A DNA stretch of 64,000 bases from Diplonema japonicum (Eukaryota; Protista; Euglenozoa: Diplonemea), in contig OZ025664.1 in NCBI GenBank assembly GCA_964019335.1, positions 434,001-498,000 on the forward strand, given 5' to 3'. The stretch's first letter is position 1. Every line of letters begins with the position of its first letter. The position numbers and the translations under genes are program-made. Of the stretch, positions 19,047 to 30,918 are shown piece after piece. The notes under the pieces were generated by a model. It was not told the DNA's origin, did no database searches, and was given only the letters and a program-made list of their open reading frames with translations.

Positions 19047-22000
19047 GAACGCAAGCGAAAGAACTTTAAAAAAAATATATGAAAGTGTAAACAGTCCCGT
19101 GACGAGCTGAACACGATTCTGGACGGGAGAAGGAACAAGACAAGGCACTGATCAAGCCGCTTGAAAAAGATAAAGGAGGGGAATGGGATCGAGGACGGAG
19201 TAGATTTCGAGTCTCGTGCCCCCCCACACCCCCCCTTCCCTTTTTTTTATATAACACCCTTGGATAATGCTGATTGTCACCCCACCCCTTTTTTTATTAA
19301 AAATTAAGAAGAAGAAAGAGCAAGAAGAAGTACCTGGGATCAATGTTTCTTTTTTTTTTTTTTTTTTTTGGCCATCTGAGGCCATTCCGGCGCTTAAGGG
19401 TGGGAATAAGAGCTTTACTTCCCCTTAAAATGCCGTGGCGAAATAGCTGCCCCGTATTGCCTTAGGGAAATCCCCAAAAAAGCTGTCCCGTGTGAGGAAA
19501 ACAGCAGTGAGAGCGACTCAAATGGCGAAGAGTGAAATGAAACGACTTACTTGCCGCCAAATGAGCCATTATTTGTTGACAATAAATAGCTATTTATGTA
19601 ATAACTTGATGTGGTTCTATTAGAATCTCTACTTCTTCTGTTCTCTTTTTTTTTTTTTTTTTTTTTTTTCAAAGCTTGCTCTTAATATTTTTTCACCCCC
19701 ATCCCTCTCTCTCTTTTTAACAAAATTTTATCCCTCCCTCCTTTTTTTTTTCTTTTTTTTAGTTTACAGAGGGAAGCGGCCAAGGAGGACAAGGACAGGC
19801 TCGAGAAGACCCAGCGTTACCTGCTGGCTGTGGTGGGGGAACGCGACGCAGCCTTGCAGGCAAAGAGGCAGCAGATCTACCGGACACACCAATGGCTGGA
19901 GATCACGGAGGGGGAGGCACACCCAGCACCAACAGAGGAGGAGTTCGCGAGGCTGCAGACCGGCAACACCCTGAAGGAGTACACGAAACCGGTGCAGAAA
20001 TGGCACAAGCAGCTGCGCTGGTATGGAGGGAACAGAAGCACGGCAGTGTCGACGGTGGAGCTGGCGCTGGATTTCGAAAACGTGACCCAGAAATCCCTTG
20101 GAGGGAAGCTAGGGGAGTTGGCAGAGGTGCGACAGAAGGCCAGGAGACTGCACACGGTGATGAAGAAGGTGTGGAACACATGGGAACTAGGGAGACTGCA
20201 GAAGAAGGTGAAAGGAAGGAGGGCCTTCCCTGCTGAACCATGCAAGAGAGTACATACGCTGCGATCAATCGGAGGGACGAAGGCGGTGATCGGGTGGAGT
20301 AGAAGAGCAATCTTTGCATCAACGAAGACCAAGTACGACCTGGAGGAGCTGGGGAAGCAATGGGCAAAGGAAAGAAGGGAAAAAGTAGCCAAGCTGGGGA
20401 GGAGGCCGGCACGACCACCGAAGAAGGAGAAACCGCTGCTGAAGGGGGATAGGTGCAGGTAGAGCATGAGAACAAGGGGGCGTCTCACAAAGACTTCCTT
20501 TAACTCATATATATATTTTTTTTTTTTCTCTTTTTTTTTGCACATTTACCGGCATGAGAAAAGTAAAAGAAAAATAAGATAATTCTTTTCTTTATTTCTT
20601 TTTCATTTTTTTCTTCTCATAAATATAAGAAGAAGAAGGTAATATGTTTTTTTATTTTAAAAAAAAAGGAAGAGAGAGGCGGGCTAAGTGGAGGATATTT
20701 TAAAACAGTGGGAGAAGAAGCAAGGAGGGGGGAATGAAAATATTAGCACAAAAGGTTTCAAATTATATAAAACCGGAAAAGAAAAAACAAAGGGGGTTGG
20801 GGGAGGAAGCAGGGAGTGAGCTTTTGCAGCTCGGGAATGAATTGTTTTTAAAAAAAGGAGTTTTCTCTTTTTTTTTCTCTCTCTTCTCCCTCGTTCCTTA
20901 CTTCTCTTCTGTTCCTCCCCCCCCCCTCTTTTTTTCCGTGTTTTTTCTTCACAATAATTTACCCCTTTTGTTTCCCCCTTTTTCTTCTTTTCTTATCGAT
21001 TCTTTTAACAAATCCACCTCTCCCCGTCTTGCATTAAGGAAAGAACAATTCGCATTATTTTTTTTTCCTGCTTATTTCCATCTTTATTAAGTTGCTTTTA
21101 CTATATTACCTTCCTCTCGCACCTACCCCCCCCTTTTTTTTGGTCTTCTTCTACCTCCCTTTCTACACTAAACCCTTTTTTATTAAAAAAGGGTTTAAAA
21201 AAAAAAGAAATATTTTTGTAACACCCTTTCCTCCCCCGTTCCTTGAAGAAAAAAGAGAATTATTTCTAAAAACCAGGGAGCAATGCAGCCAAAATGTCCT
21301 TGCTGACTCGGGCCTCCTCTCTTTGATTTTCCTTTTCTTTTCTTCACCCCCCCACCCCCTCATTTTCCTCTCTTTTAACTTTTACACCCTGCCTTTTTCT
21401 TTTTTTTCCCTCCTTCATGCTCTATTATTTACGCCTCATATCTCTAAAGCCGAGGACAGAAAATTGCCGTTTTTTTGTTGTTTTTCCAAGGGTTCCAGTG
21501 TACACAAGGGGAAAAAAAAAAGAAAAAAAAGAAGAAGAAAGAAGAAGACGATCTTCTTCTTCAAGGGAAAAGTGCCCGCTGCACACATTGCTGCAAAATG
21601 GGACCCTCGCCCAGAGCGACCACAAAAATCTTTGGCGGGCCGTTGCTAACCACTTCGTTCCTATCATCAGGCCCCCCGGTAAGGTGGGGATAGACCGGCG
21701 ATCGCCTGTCTAAGCAATTCTTTTTGAAAACGTCGCCGGACTACGTAGATCGGCGAATTTCTAGTACCTGCGGTAGGCCATAAGGGGGCAGGGGTTGCCC
21801 CCTTTTGTGAGGAATTTTTCTCTTTTTATTAATCACGGGGTGTGTGGTTTTAGTCCGCATTGGATTGCCTGCACCCACTGAATAATAAACTGCAGACGAG
21901 TTCCCTCCATCGGTTCTGTGAACGTGTTGCTTGATGGAGCAATCATGAAGCTCGCTGAATCGGCAGCTCATGTTGAGAACCCCCCATGGACGAACTTTTG

Positions 22001-23211
22001 CGTGTCCCACGGAGTCCAACTCAGTTCCACGGCATCCAGTCTGTACCACGAAAAGGTACACAAACCGTACTTCAGCTCTGATGGGCAACGTGGAGCAGTG
22101 GTTAGCGCCGCAGCCGGAGTTGCAAGCTGCCGGTTTATTCGATCTTGATCATAAATCTAAGACCCGAAATCGAAACAGCTAAGCAGTTGGTCGAGCCGTT
22201 GCTTCACCACTTAAGCAATCAGTTCTCCATAGAACTTGGCAAAGAGGCAAAAGGATAAAGTGTGGAAGAGGGTGCAGCGGCTGAAGTCAGATAACTGGGT
22301 TAAGGCCGTGCGAGAAGACATCAGTCTAGTGGTGACTGAGCTTGTCAAGCTCAAGACAAGTTCTTCTCCCATCAACCACGACACCATCAGGGAGACTCTA
22401 TCGATAGAGTTCTTCTTGCTGCTATCCGCAATTCCCTACATGCTCTACAGCAGCGGTCGAACGCAGTTTCAGCGAGCTGCGCCTCGTGTTCACAAGGCTC
22501 AGGACATCAATTAAACCTGAGAAACTGAACTGTCTATTGGTGATAAGCACGGAGGGGGCAGATGTTCCGAGTGAAGACTTCATCAGTTGCGTCATAAGAC
22601 GGTTTCATGATATGCCGACGGCATGTGAACCTTACTGAGGCTGAGTTTTTGGAGGGGTTGCACAAATGTTCAGGGAGAAAAAAAAGTGTTCACAGTGGCC
22701 GAGAGGCCCAATTAACGTTCACCCCTATTTTTATTTTTTTTTTGAAAAAAAGGGTCAAAAAATCTGCTAAAAAGCACCGCAGGTCTATCGAAAAAAACCC
22801 ATTTTGAACCGGGGGCCCTGTATCATAGTGAATCTTTTTTTTTTTTCGAAAAGTCGAAAACGAAACTACATCGCTCCTTTGCCTCGCTCAGAGTGTTTAA
22901 CTTTTCTAAAGTTTTTTCTCAGCCACCCTTGCAAGGTTTCTCAAGATATTTCACAAATTCCCTCTAGCGCCCTTAGCCATTGGGACTTGAACAAGTACGA
23001 GAGAGCCTGTGGCATAGCACGCACTACCAATCTTTTCTGGTGAAAATGGCGAACATAAATCTGGGAGAAAAACTTTCTGACGAACATTACCCCCTGTCAC
23101 TTTTTAACGGAAAATTATTTTGCTTACAACTAGCCACAAAAAAAAAAAAAAAAAAAAAAAAAAACACAGTTTGTACCCTTTACACAACACATAAGAGTTC
23201 CCAACCTACCT

Positions 23212-26200
23212 ATGAATGCGGTAAAGATAGCAGCGGTGCTGCTGTTGGCGACGGCAACGAGGGGACAGCAGACCTGTTCAAACTTCGGGGATGAGGAGTC
23301 GTGTGTGAACTGGAAGTGCGACACGGGTGTGTGCCAGTGGGAGGCGACTTTGAGGAGGTGCGGGTGCCCAACGGGGTGCTCTGTGTTCCTGAACCCGGAC
23401 ACCTGCAAGGGGAACCGCTGCCCTGGGACGCAGGACCCTTGTGATTGGAACAGCAACAATGACAAATGTGAGTGCTCCAGCAGGCCCTGCTCCAGCTTCA
23501 CTGACGAGAAAATCTGCCGGACAATGCAATGCCCTGGTAAGCCGAACACTCTTTGCGTGTTTGAGAACGACAAGTGCGACTGTCCTCCTGAAACATGTAA
23601 AGACCTACAAGATGAGAAATCGTGTATGAACTTCGTCTGCCCTGACAACAAAATGCAGTGCAAGTGGAATACTCCCGCTCGTGCAAGGCATTTCTGTGAT
23701 TGTCCTCCTGCTGAGACGGAGGCACCCGCCCCCAGGAACTGCTTGGACCTGCGCGACGAGAAGTCTTGTGAGAGCTTCATCTGCCCCGACAACAACATGA
23801 ACTGCAAGTGGATGACCTCTTCAGCCGGGAAGCAGTTCTGCGACTGTCCTCCTCGTGAGACGAAGGCACCTGAGACGAAGGCACCCGCTCCAAGGAATTG
23901 TAAAGACTTGAGGGATGAGAGGTCTTGTGAAAACTTCATCTGCCCCGACAACAAGCTGAATTGCAAGTGGATGACTTCACCCATTGGACAGTATTGCGAC
24001 TGTCCTCCTCATGAGACAGAGGCACCTGAGACGAAGGCACCTGAGACCAAGGCACCTAGGACGAAGGCACCTGAGACGAAGGCACCTGAGACCAAGGCAC
24101 CTAGGACGAAGGCACCTGAGACGAAGGCACCTAGGACGAAGGCACCTGAGACCAAGGCACCTGAGACGAAGGCACCCGCTCCAAGGAATTGTAAAGACCT
24201 GAGGGATGAGAGGTCTTGTGAAAACTTCATCTGCCCAGACAACAACATGAACTGCAAGTGGATGACTTCTTCAGCCGGGAAGCAGTTCTGCGACTGTCCT
24301 CCTCGTGAGACAAAGGCACCTGAGACGAAGACACCTGCTCCCGAGAACTGTGAGGACCTGAGGGATGAGAGGTCTTGTGAAAACTTCATCTGCCCAGACA
24401 ACAAGAGAAACTGCAAATGGAATACCCCAGCTGGTGCAAAACATTTCTGTAATTGTCCTCGTGAAACTGAGGTGCCCGCCCCCAAGAACTGTGAGGACCT
24501 GCGTGACCACAAGGCCTGTGTGAACTTCGTCTGTCCTGACAACAACCTGAACTGCAGGTGGATGACCTCACCCAAGGGACAGTACTGCGACTGCCCTCCC
24601 GTCGAGACGGAGGCACCTGCACCCGAAAGATGCGAGGACCTGCGTGACCACAAGGCCTGTGTGAACTTCGTCTGTCCCGACAACAAGCTGAACTGCAAGT
24701 GGATCGAGAACTCTTCAACTGGTAAGCAGTTCTGCGACTGCCCCCAACGTGAGACGAAGGCACCTGAGACGAAGACACCTGCTCCCGAGAATTGCGAGGA
24801 CTTGAGGGATGAGAGGTCTTGTGAAAACTTCATCTGCCCCGACAACAAGTTGAACTGCAAGTGGATGACTTCACCCAATGGACAGTATTGCGACTGTCCT
24901 CCTCGTGAAACAGAGGCACCTGAGACGAAGGTACCCGCCCCCAAGAACTGTGAGGACTTGAGGGATGAGAGGTCTTGTGAAAGATTTATGTGTCCTGACA
25001 ACAACATGAACTGCAAGTGGATGACTTCTTCAGCCGGGAAGCAGTTCTGCGACTGTCCTCCTCGTGAGACAAAGGCACCTGAGACGAAGACACCTGCTCC
25101 CGAGAACTGTGAGGACCTGAGGGATGAGAGGTCTTGTGAAAACTTCATCTGCCCAGACAACAAGAGGAACTGCAAATGGAATACCCCAGCTGGTGCAAAA
25201 CATTTCTGTAATTGTCCTCGTGAAACTGAGGTGCCCGCCCCCAAGAACTGTGAGGACCTGCGCGACCACAAGGCCTGTGTGAACTTCGTCTGTCCTGACA
25301 ACAACCTGAACTGCAGGTGGATGACCTCACCCAAGGGACAGTACTGCGACTGCCCTCCCGTCGAGACGGAGGTGCCCGCACCCGAAAGATGCGAGGACCT
25401 GCGTGACCACAAGGCCTGTGTGAACTTCGTCTGTCCCGACAACAACCTGAACTGCAGGTGGGTGACCTCTTCGGCCGGGAAACAGTATTGCGACTGTCCT
25501 CCTCGTGAGACAAAGGCACCTGAGACGAAGGCACCCGCTCCAAGGAACTGTGAGGACCTGCGTGACCACAAAGCCTGTGTGAACTTCGTCTGTCCTGACA
25601 ACAACCTGAACTGCGAATGGATGACCTCTTCGGCCGGGAAACAGTACTGCGACTGCCCGCGTCGCGAAACGGAAGCCCCTCCCGCGCTGTCCTGCGGTGA
25701 GCACGAGTCCCCGGATGACTGCATGTCGCACTGGTGCGTTGACGAGAAGAAGAAGAGGTGTGAATGGGTGAGGTCGAAGGAAACGGGGAAGGAGTACTGC
25801 GACTGCCCTCCGGATGTGACGCCGGTGCCCGCTCCCGAGGTCTGCGAGGATGTGGACACCGAGAGGGAGTGCGTGAACTTTTTGTGCCCGCGGAACAAGC
25901 AGAGGTGCCAGTGGACGTCGACCCCAGTTGCTGGTGGGGGGAAGGGAAGCTGCAAGTGTCCACCGGAAACCTGTGCGGACCTCCCGAAAGAGCAGTGCAG
26001 AGAGCAGGCGTGCCCGAACTTCCCCGCGATGAAGTGCGACTGGGTGGAGGACGCGGCCGGTTCGAGGTGCGAGTGCCCCCCTCCTGACAGCTGCGCCGTG
26101 TTCACGGAGACCTGCGAGCAGCAACCCTGTCCCGAGAACCCCTCTCAGATGTGCTTTCGGAACCAGGTGGGGGTGTGCGACTGTCCGAAGGTGGCGCGTC

Positions 26201-29200
26201 CCTGCAAGGACTTCGACAGGGAGCAGTGCCAGAAGCAGAAGTGTGCGACGGCCCCCGATGTGGACTGTGCTTGGGCGGAGGACTTGGAGGAGTGCACGTG
26301 CCCGGAGGCGAAGGCTTGCTCGGAACACGGCCCTGCGAGGTGCCCTCGCGAGTCGTGCCCCGAGGACAGTACGAGGCGTTGCTTCTGGGACAAGCACACG
26401 GAGGCCTGCGACTGTCTCCCCCCGAAGGACCCCTGCAACTTGGTGGCGGACAAGGAGAAGTGTGTGAAGACGGAGTGCCCCGACAAGAAGGCGCTCTCGA
26501 TGATGCTGACGGGTAGCGAGGCGACGCCCACGACCACCCTGTGCGAGTGGGACGACCGGACGAAGCACTGCAGCTGTGGGTCGTCGTCGTCGTCGTCGTG
26601 CAGGAGCCTGCAGAGACCCGAGGACTGCAACGGGAAGAAGTGCCCGGACAACGCGGACAGTTTGTGCTACTGGGACTCCTCGAGGGACCTGTGCGACTGT
26701 TTGGAGAAGGAGACCTGCAGGGACAAGACGAGGGAGAAGTGCAGCGGGGAGTGTCCCGAGAACCCCGCGAACACGTGCAGGTGGAACAGGGCTCTGGACA
26801 CGTGCGAGTGCGTGGCGAAGCAGAACAGCTGCCGCGACATCCGGGTGAGGAAGGACTGCTACGGGGAGTGCAAGGTGAACGGGCAGGACAGCAAGTGCTA
26901 CTGGGACGGGTTGACGTCGACCTGTGACTGCTACACCCCGCACGTCGGATCCTGCGGAGACTACACGTCGCCCAGCCTGTGCACGGGGCAGTGCCCCGAG
27001 AACAAGGACGAGGCCTGCTCCTGGAACAGGTTCACCGACCGGTGCGAGTGCGGTCGGGAAGGCTGCAAGCGCTACCCGACCAGCGTGTGCGAGAAGATGC
27101 CGTGCCCGGACTACCCGAACATGAGGTGCGAGGTGGACCGCCTCACAGGGACGTGCGACTGCCCGAGGCAGCAGAAGACCTGTCGGGATCTGAGCATGAC
27201 CTCGTGCTACGGGAGGTGCCCGGAGAAGCCGGAGCTGGAATGCAGGTGGGACAAGGCGGAGCAGGTGTGCGGGTGCCACGACCCGACCCCGGCACCCACG
27301 CCCGCCCCCACCTCGGAGAAGAGGTGTTCCGACATCAAGGAGCAGGAGAGGTGCCTCGGGAGGTGTCCGAACAACTGGGCCGGGTGGTGTGCGTGGGACG
27401 AGAAGGCGAAGAGGTGCGGGTGCGAGTCTGGTGGGGTGGAGCGCTGCAGCGACATCGCTGTGAGGGAGCTGTGCGTCGGGACTTGTCCGGAGAACCCGCG
27501 CTCTGTGTGTCGGTGGAAGAAGGAGGATCACGGGATGGGGGGCTGTCGGTGCGCTGATGCTGCAACCCCGTCGCCCACCCCGGCTCCGACCTGGCCTGTC
27601 GAGAAGTGCTCGCACATCACCTCGATGGAGAACTGCAAGGGGGTGTGTCCCGAGGACAAGAGCAGCATCTGCGTCTGGAAGGAGGAGAAGTGCGGGTGCT
27701 TCAACGGGGGATTGAAGAAGTGCGAGCAGATCCTGGACCGAGATTTGTGTTTCGGGACGTGTCCGGAGGACCACATGAGCACCTGCAAGTGGAACCTGGA
27801 GGGAAACTGGTGCGGGTGCGCCCCCGTGGTCCACAAGTGCAGCGAGCACAGCTCTCCGTCGACGTGCAGGGGGAGGTGTCCCGAGAACCCGGACAGCCTG
27901 TGCATCTGGAACCGGAGGCGCGACTCGTGCGAGTGCATGGTGGACACGCTTCGGACGTGCAAGGAGCTCCCTAAGAGGTCGTGCCTGGGGGTGTGCCCGG
28001 AGAACGGAAGCGGGAGGTGCACCTGGAACGAGGACATCGGGGTGTGCGGGTGTCGAGAGGAAGCGAAGAGGTGTGCGGACTACGGGTCGGCGAGCGAGTG
28101 TGTGGGGATGTGCCCGGAGAACAGGGACCGACAGTGCTACTGGGACGATTCGAGGGCGACCTGCGACTGCGCGGACCCGAACCCGAAGTCGTGCAGGGCG
28201 ATCTCAAGCCCGAAGCTCTGCAACGGGGTGTGCCCCGAGGACCACACCTCGAGGTGCGGGTGGACCGATTCCCACGGCTGCGACTGCAGGGGAGCGGAAT
28301 CCTGCGAGCAGCTCTCCCTTGAGCAGTGCAACGGACAGGAGTGCCCGACCGACCCGAAGAACGCTTGTCTCTGGAACTCCCGGCACCGAAGGTGCTCCTG
28401 CCAGTCTCCGGACCCCTGCCGCTACCGCCCGTACGAGACCTGCTCCGGTCGCTGTCCGGAGGACCCGACGATGTCCTGTGCTTGGAACCACGCCTCCTCC
28501 ACCTGCGGCTGCGGTGGACCAGGGAGGACCTGCAGGGCGCTTCCACGAGAGCGGTGTGGCGGGTTGTGCCCCGAGGACCCGACCGCAAACTCCAGGTGCT
28601 TCTGGAACCACCGCCTGAACAGCTGCGACTGCGGAGACAGACACCCCCCCAGAAGCTGCAGCGACTTCAGCAACACCCACAAGGACCTCTGTGAACAGCA
28701 GAGGTGTCCTTACGACATAGCGTCAACCCTTGTGGCGGCGACTCCTGCGTGGCAGCTGCAAGGAAGGAGGTGCGAGTGGGACGCGAGGGACAACACCTGC
28801 GGCTGCCCAGTGGGCAACAAGGCCTGCAAGTGGCGTTCGCAGAGGGAGTGCAGGGGAACGTGTCCGGAAGACGACAGCAAAGACTGCGTTTGGAGGGAAT
28901 TGGGTGTGGTTGGAGTGGACGACCAGCAGCTGGTGGCGAGCAGCATCGCGATACACAGCAGGGGAAGGTGTGACTGTGCAGAAAGGCAGGAACCGAAAGA
29001 GTGCAGGTACTGGAGCAAGGACGTGTGCCGCCGTATGCAGTGCCCCGACGACCACCAACAGAACTGCGTGTGGAGCGACCGCTCGGGTTCGTGCGAGTGC
29101 CCCAAGGCTGTGCGCTATTGTAAGGACCACCTTACTTACGAGACGTGCACGGGTCCGTGTCCCGAGGGGGGGAACTCGAAGTGCTATTGGAACCGTGCGG

Positions 29201-30156
29201 CCGGTCACTGCGACTGCTACCAACCCGTGGAGGCGTGCAGCCACTACAACCAGCTGGAGTGCGGGCGGAGGCAGTGTCCCGAGGAGCCGACGAAGCGCTG
29301 CAGGTGGAGCAGCGTGAGGGACGCGTGTGAGTGCCCGCGAGATCAGCCACCGAGGTCGTGTGCAGTGTTCAACAGCAGCCCGCGCCTCTGCGAGGCTTCG
29401 CGGTGCCCCGAGGACATGACGAAGAACTGCCGCTGGAACGGAAGGAGCTGCGGGTGCGACGACAAGCCGCCCTCCTCGTGCGGGGAGATCGGGGACGCGA
29501 GGACGTGCGTGACGAGCAGGTGCCCCGAAAACAAGGAGATGAAGTGCGAGTGGAGCGGGACCCTGCAGACCTGCCACTGCCCCCCAACAACGCAGAGGAA
29601 CTGCTCCATGTTCACGACCCCCGGGGTGTGCGTGAGGCAGACCTGTCCCGACGAGAAGGGGAAGCAGTGCATGTGGACGGGCAAGGGGTGCGAGTGCGAC
29701 AAGCGCGTGAAGAGCTGCAGGGAACACAGGACGGAGGAGGACTGCTGCGGGACGTGTCCGGAGGACAACGAGAAGAAGTGCAAGTGGGACAAGAGGAGGA
29801 ATGAATGCGGGTGTGTGGAAGGGGAGGTCCCGCCGCCGCCTCCACCGAAGAAGTGCTGTGAGGCGAAGGAGGAGCCCGGGAAGTATGGGAACCCGTTTTG
29901 CTTCGAGGGACACCGGTGCTGCGCGAACACGGGGAAGTGGGTGTGCGGGAATGGCTCGGGTGTGGTGGACTGCGGGAACGGGAACGCGGACTACGGAGAG
30001 GCTTGCCCCTGCAGGGACGGGGAGTGCAGGGACTGCAAGGGGACCTGCGTGATAGGGGCAGAGGTCCTCTGCTTCGCCAACCCGTGCACCTTCGCAAAGT
30101 GCCCTTCAAGATGCCGAGCCAACTACTGCAACGGATGCAACGCCTGCTGCGAGTAA
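23212..30156 (+). CDS. Giant secreted cysteine-rich repeat protein, copy 3 (2,314 aa)
   Basis: Translation identical to copy 2; unique 3' flank after 30172. Confidence 0.88.
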   Translation: MNAVKIAAVLLLATATRGQQTCSNFGDEESCVNWKCDTGVCQWEATLRRCGCPTGCSVFLNPDTCKGNRCPGTQDPCDWNSNNDKCECSSRPCSSFTDEKICRTMQCPGKPNTLCVFENDKCDCPPETCKDLQDEKSCMNFVCPDNKMQCKWNTPARARHFCDCPPAETEAPAPRNCLDLRDEKSCESFICPDNNMNCKWMTSSAGKQFCDCPPRETKAPETKAPAPRNCKDLRDERSCENFICPDNKLNCKWMTSPIGQYCDCPPHETEAPETKAPETKAPRTKAPETKAPETKAPRTKAPETKAPRTKAPETKAPETKAPAPRNCKDLRDERSCENFICPDNNMNCKWMTSSAGKQFCDCPPRETKAPETKTPAPENCEDLRDERSCENFICPDNKRNCKWNTPAGAKHFCNCPRETEVPAPKNCEDLRDHKACVNFVCPDNNLNCRWMTSPKGQYCDCPPVETEAPAPERCEDLRDHKACVNFVCPDNKLNCKWIENSSTGKQFCDCPQRETKAPETKTPAPENCEDLRDERSCENFICPDNKLNCKWMTSPNGQYCDCPPRETEAPETKVPAPKNCEDLRDERSCERFMCPDNNMNCKWMTSSAGKQFCDCPPRETKAPETKTPAPENCEDLRDERSCENFICPDNKRNCKWNTPAGAKHFCNCPRETEVPAPKNCEDLRDHKACVNFVCPDNNLNCRWMTSPKGQYCDCPPVETEVPAPERCEDLRDHKACVNFVCPDNNLNCRWVTSSAGKQYCDCPPRETKAPETKAPAPRNCEDLRDHKACVNFVCPDNNLNCEWMTSSAGKQYCDCPRRETEAPPALSCGEHESPDDCMSHWCVDEKKKRCEWVRSKETGKEYCDCPPDVTPVPAPEVCEDVDTERECVNFLCPRNKQRCQWTSTPVAGGGKGSCKCPPETCADLPKEQCREQACPNFPAMKCDWVEDAAGSRCECPPPDSCAVFTETCEQQPCPENPSQMCFRNQVGVCDCPKVARPCKDFDREQCQKQKCATAPDVDCAWAEDLEECTCPEAKACSEHGPARCPRESCPEDSTRRCFWDKHTEACDCLPPKDPCNLVADKEKCVKTECPDKKALSMMLTGSEATPTTTLCEWDDRTKHCSCGSSSSSSCRSLQRPEDCNGKKCPDNADSLCYWDSSRDLCDCLEKETCRDKTREKCSGECPENPANTCRWNRALDTCECVAKQNSCRDIRVRKDCYGECKVNGQDSKCYWDGLTSTCDCYTPHVGSCGDYTSPSLCTGQCPENKDEACSWNRFTDRCECGREGCKRYPTSVCEKMPCPDYPNMRCEVDRLTGTCDCPRQQKTCRDLSMTSCYGRCPEKPELECRWDKAEQVCGCHDPTPAPTPAPTSEKRCSDIKEQERCLGRCPNNWAGWCAWDEKAKRCGCESGGVERCSDIAVRELCVGTCPENPRSVCRWKKEDHGMGGCRCADAATPSPTPAPTWPVEKCSHITSMENCKGVCPEDKSSICVWKEEKCGCFNGGLKKCEQILDRDLCFGTCPEDHMSTCKWNLEGNWCGCAPVVHKCSEHSSPSTCRGRCPENPDSLCIWNRRRDSCECMVDTLRTCKELPKRSCLGVCPENGSGRCTWNEDIGVCGCREEAKRCADYGSASECVGMCPENRDRQCYWDDSRATCDCADPNPKSCRAISSPKLCNGVCPEDHTSRCGWTDSHGCDCRGAESCEQLSLEQCNGQECPTDPKNACLWNSRHRRCSCQSPDPCRYRPYETCSGRCPEDPTMSCAWNHASSTCGCGGPGRTCRALPRERCGGLCPEDPTANSRCFWNHRLNSCDCGDRHPPRSCSDFSNTHKDLCEQQRCPYDIASTLVAATPAWQLQGRRCEWDARDNTCGCPVGNKACKWRSQRECRGTCPEDDSKDCVWRELGVVGVDDQQLVASSIAIHSRGRCDCAERQEPKECRYWSKDVCRRMQCPDDHQQNCVWSDRSGSCECPKAVRYCKDHLTYETCTGPCPEGGNSKCYWNRAAGHCDCYQPVEACSHYNQLECGRRQCPEEPTKRCRWSSVRDACECPRDQPPRSCAVFNSSPRLCEASRCPEDMTKNCRWNGRSCGCDDKPPSSCGEIGDARTCVTSRCPENKEMKCEWSGTLQTCHCPPTTQRNCSMFTTPGVCVRQTCPDEKGKQCMWTGKGCECDKRVKSCREHRTEEDCCGTCPEDNEKKCKWDKRRNECGCVEGEVPPPPPPKKCCEAKEEPGKYGNPFCFEGHRCCANTGKWVCGNGSGVVDCGNGNADYGEACPCRDGECRDCKGTCVIGAEVLCFANPCTFAKCPSRCRANYCNGCNACCE

Positions 30157-30871
30157 GAACGCAAGCGAAAGATTTTTTAAAAAGAAAAAGTTATGAAAAT
30201 TACGGAAAACGGGAACAATTCCATTACAAGGAACACATCTGGTATTCTTTATTCTTTTTTCAGATCACCCTATATTTTGAACGAGAAGTATTTTACTTTT
30301 ATTTCCTCTCCCTTTTTTGTCCTTTGATATTCTATTTTTTCCCTCTTTATTATTTTCTCTTCTCTTTTTTTTTGTTTTTTTTTTTTTACTTGCTTCTGGC
30401 AAAGCGTACAAAACAACCACCAGGTCCTGATAGGCACCGACAGTTTTCTTTTCTTTTTGTAACCGCTCCCAGATTATTTTATTATTATTATACCGCTTCT
30501 TCAACCTACCTCTCTTTATTACACCGAACAGTCTCAGTTGCTGTTCAAGGGAGCAATGCAGCCGCTGGATTTTTCTATCCTCGGCCTCCTCCCGACTTCC
30601 CCTGCCCCCCCCACCCCTTCTTTTCTTTGCAAGAATGACTTAAACACAAAAAGAAGGACGTTCGACATGTTGGTTGTTGGTACTTCTTTTCTGGTTGATG
30701 TACCCATGAGCAAACAACACAGGCCAATTCCTTTCTTTTTTTTATATTTTTTTTTTTTTAAAAGAATGAAAGAAAAAAAAAAATACCCTATATTTATCTA
30801 TGCCCCTGCACCCTACCGCTCTCTCCCCTATTGCCCCCCCCTCCCTCCCCTGTTACTCGAAATCACACTAC

Positions 30872-30903
<32 letters not shown>

Positions 30904-30918
30904 GAGAGAAAAAAAAAA

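Larger units (their letters stand above)
998..30172 (+). repeat. Tandem array A-B-A-B-A, period 11,110 bp (A=998-7952, 12108-19062, 23218-30172; B=7953-12107, 19063-23217)
   Basis: Every ORF in the track recurs at +11,110 with an identical translation. Identity starts at GCGGTAAAG (codon 2) and ends 16 nt after the stop (GCAAGCGAAAGA). Confidence 0.97.

Noticed and set aside
937-30109. Long minus-strand and alternate-frame ORFs (698, 840, 396 aa etc.) over the cysteine-rich genes
   Set aside because: Shadow ORFs produced by GC-rich, repetitive codon usage on the coding strand; no independent motifs.
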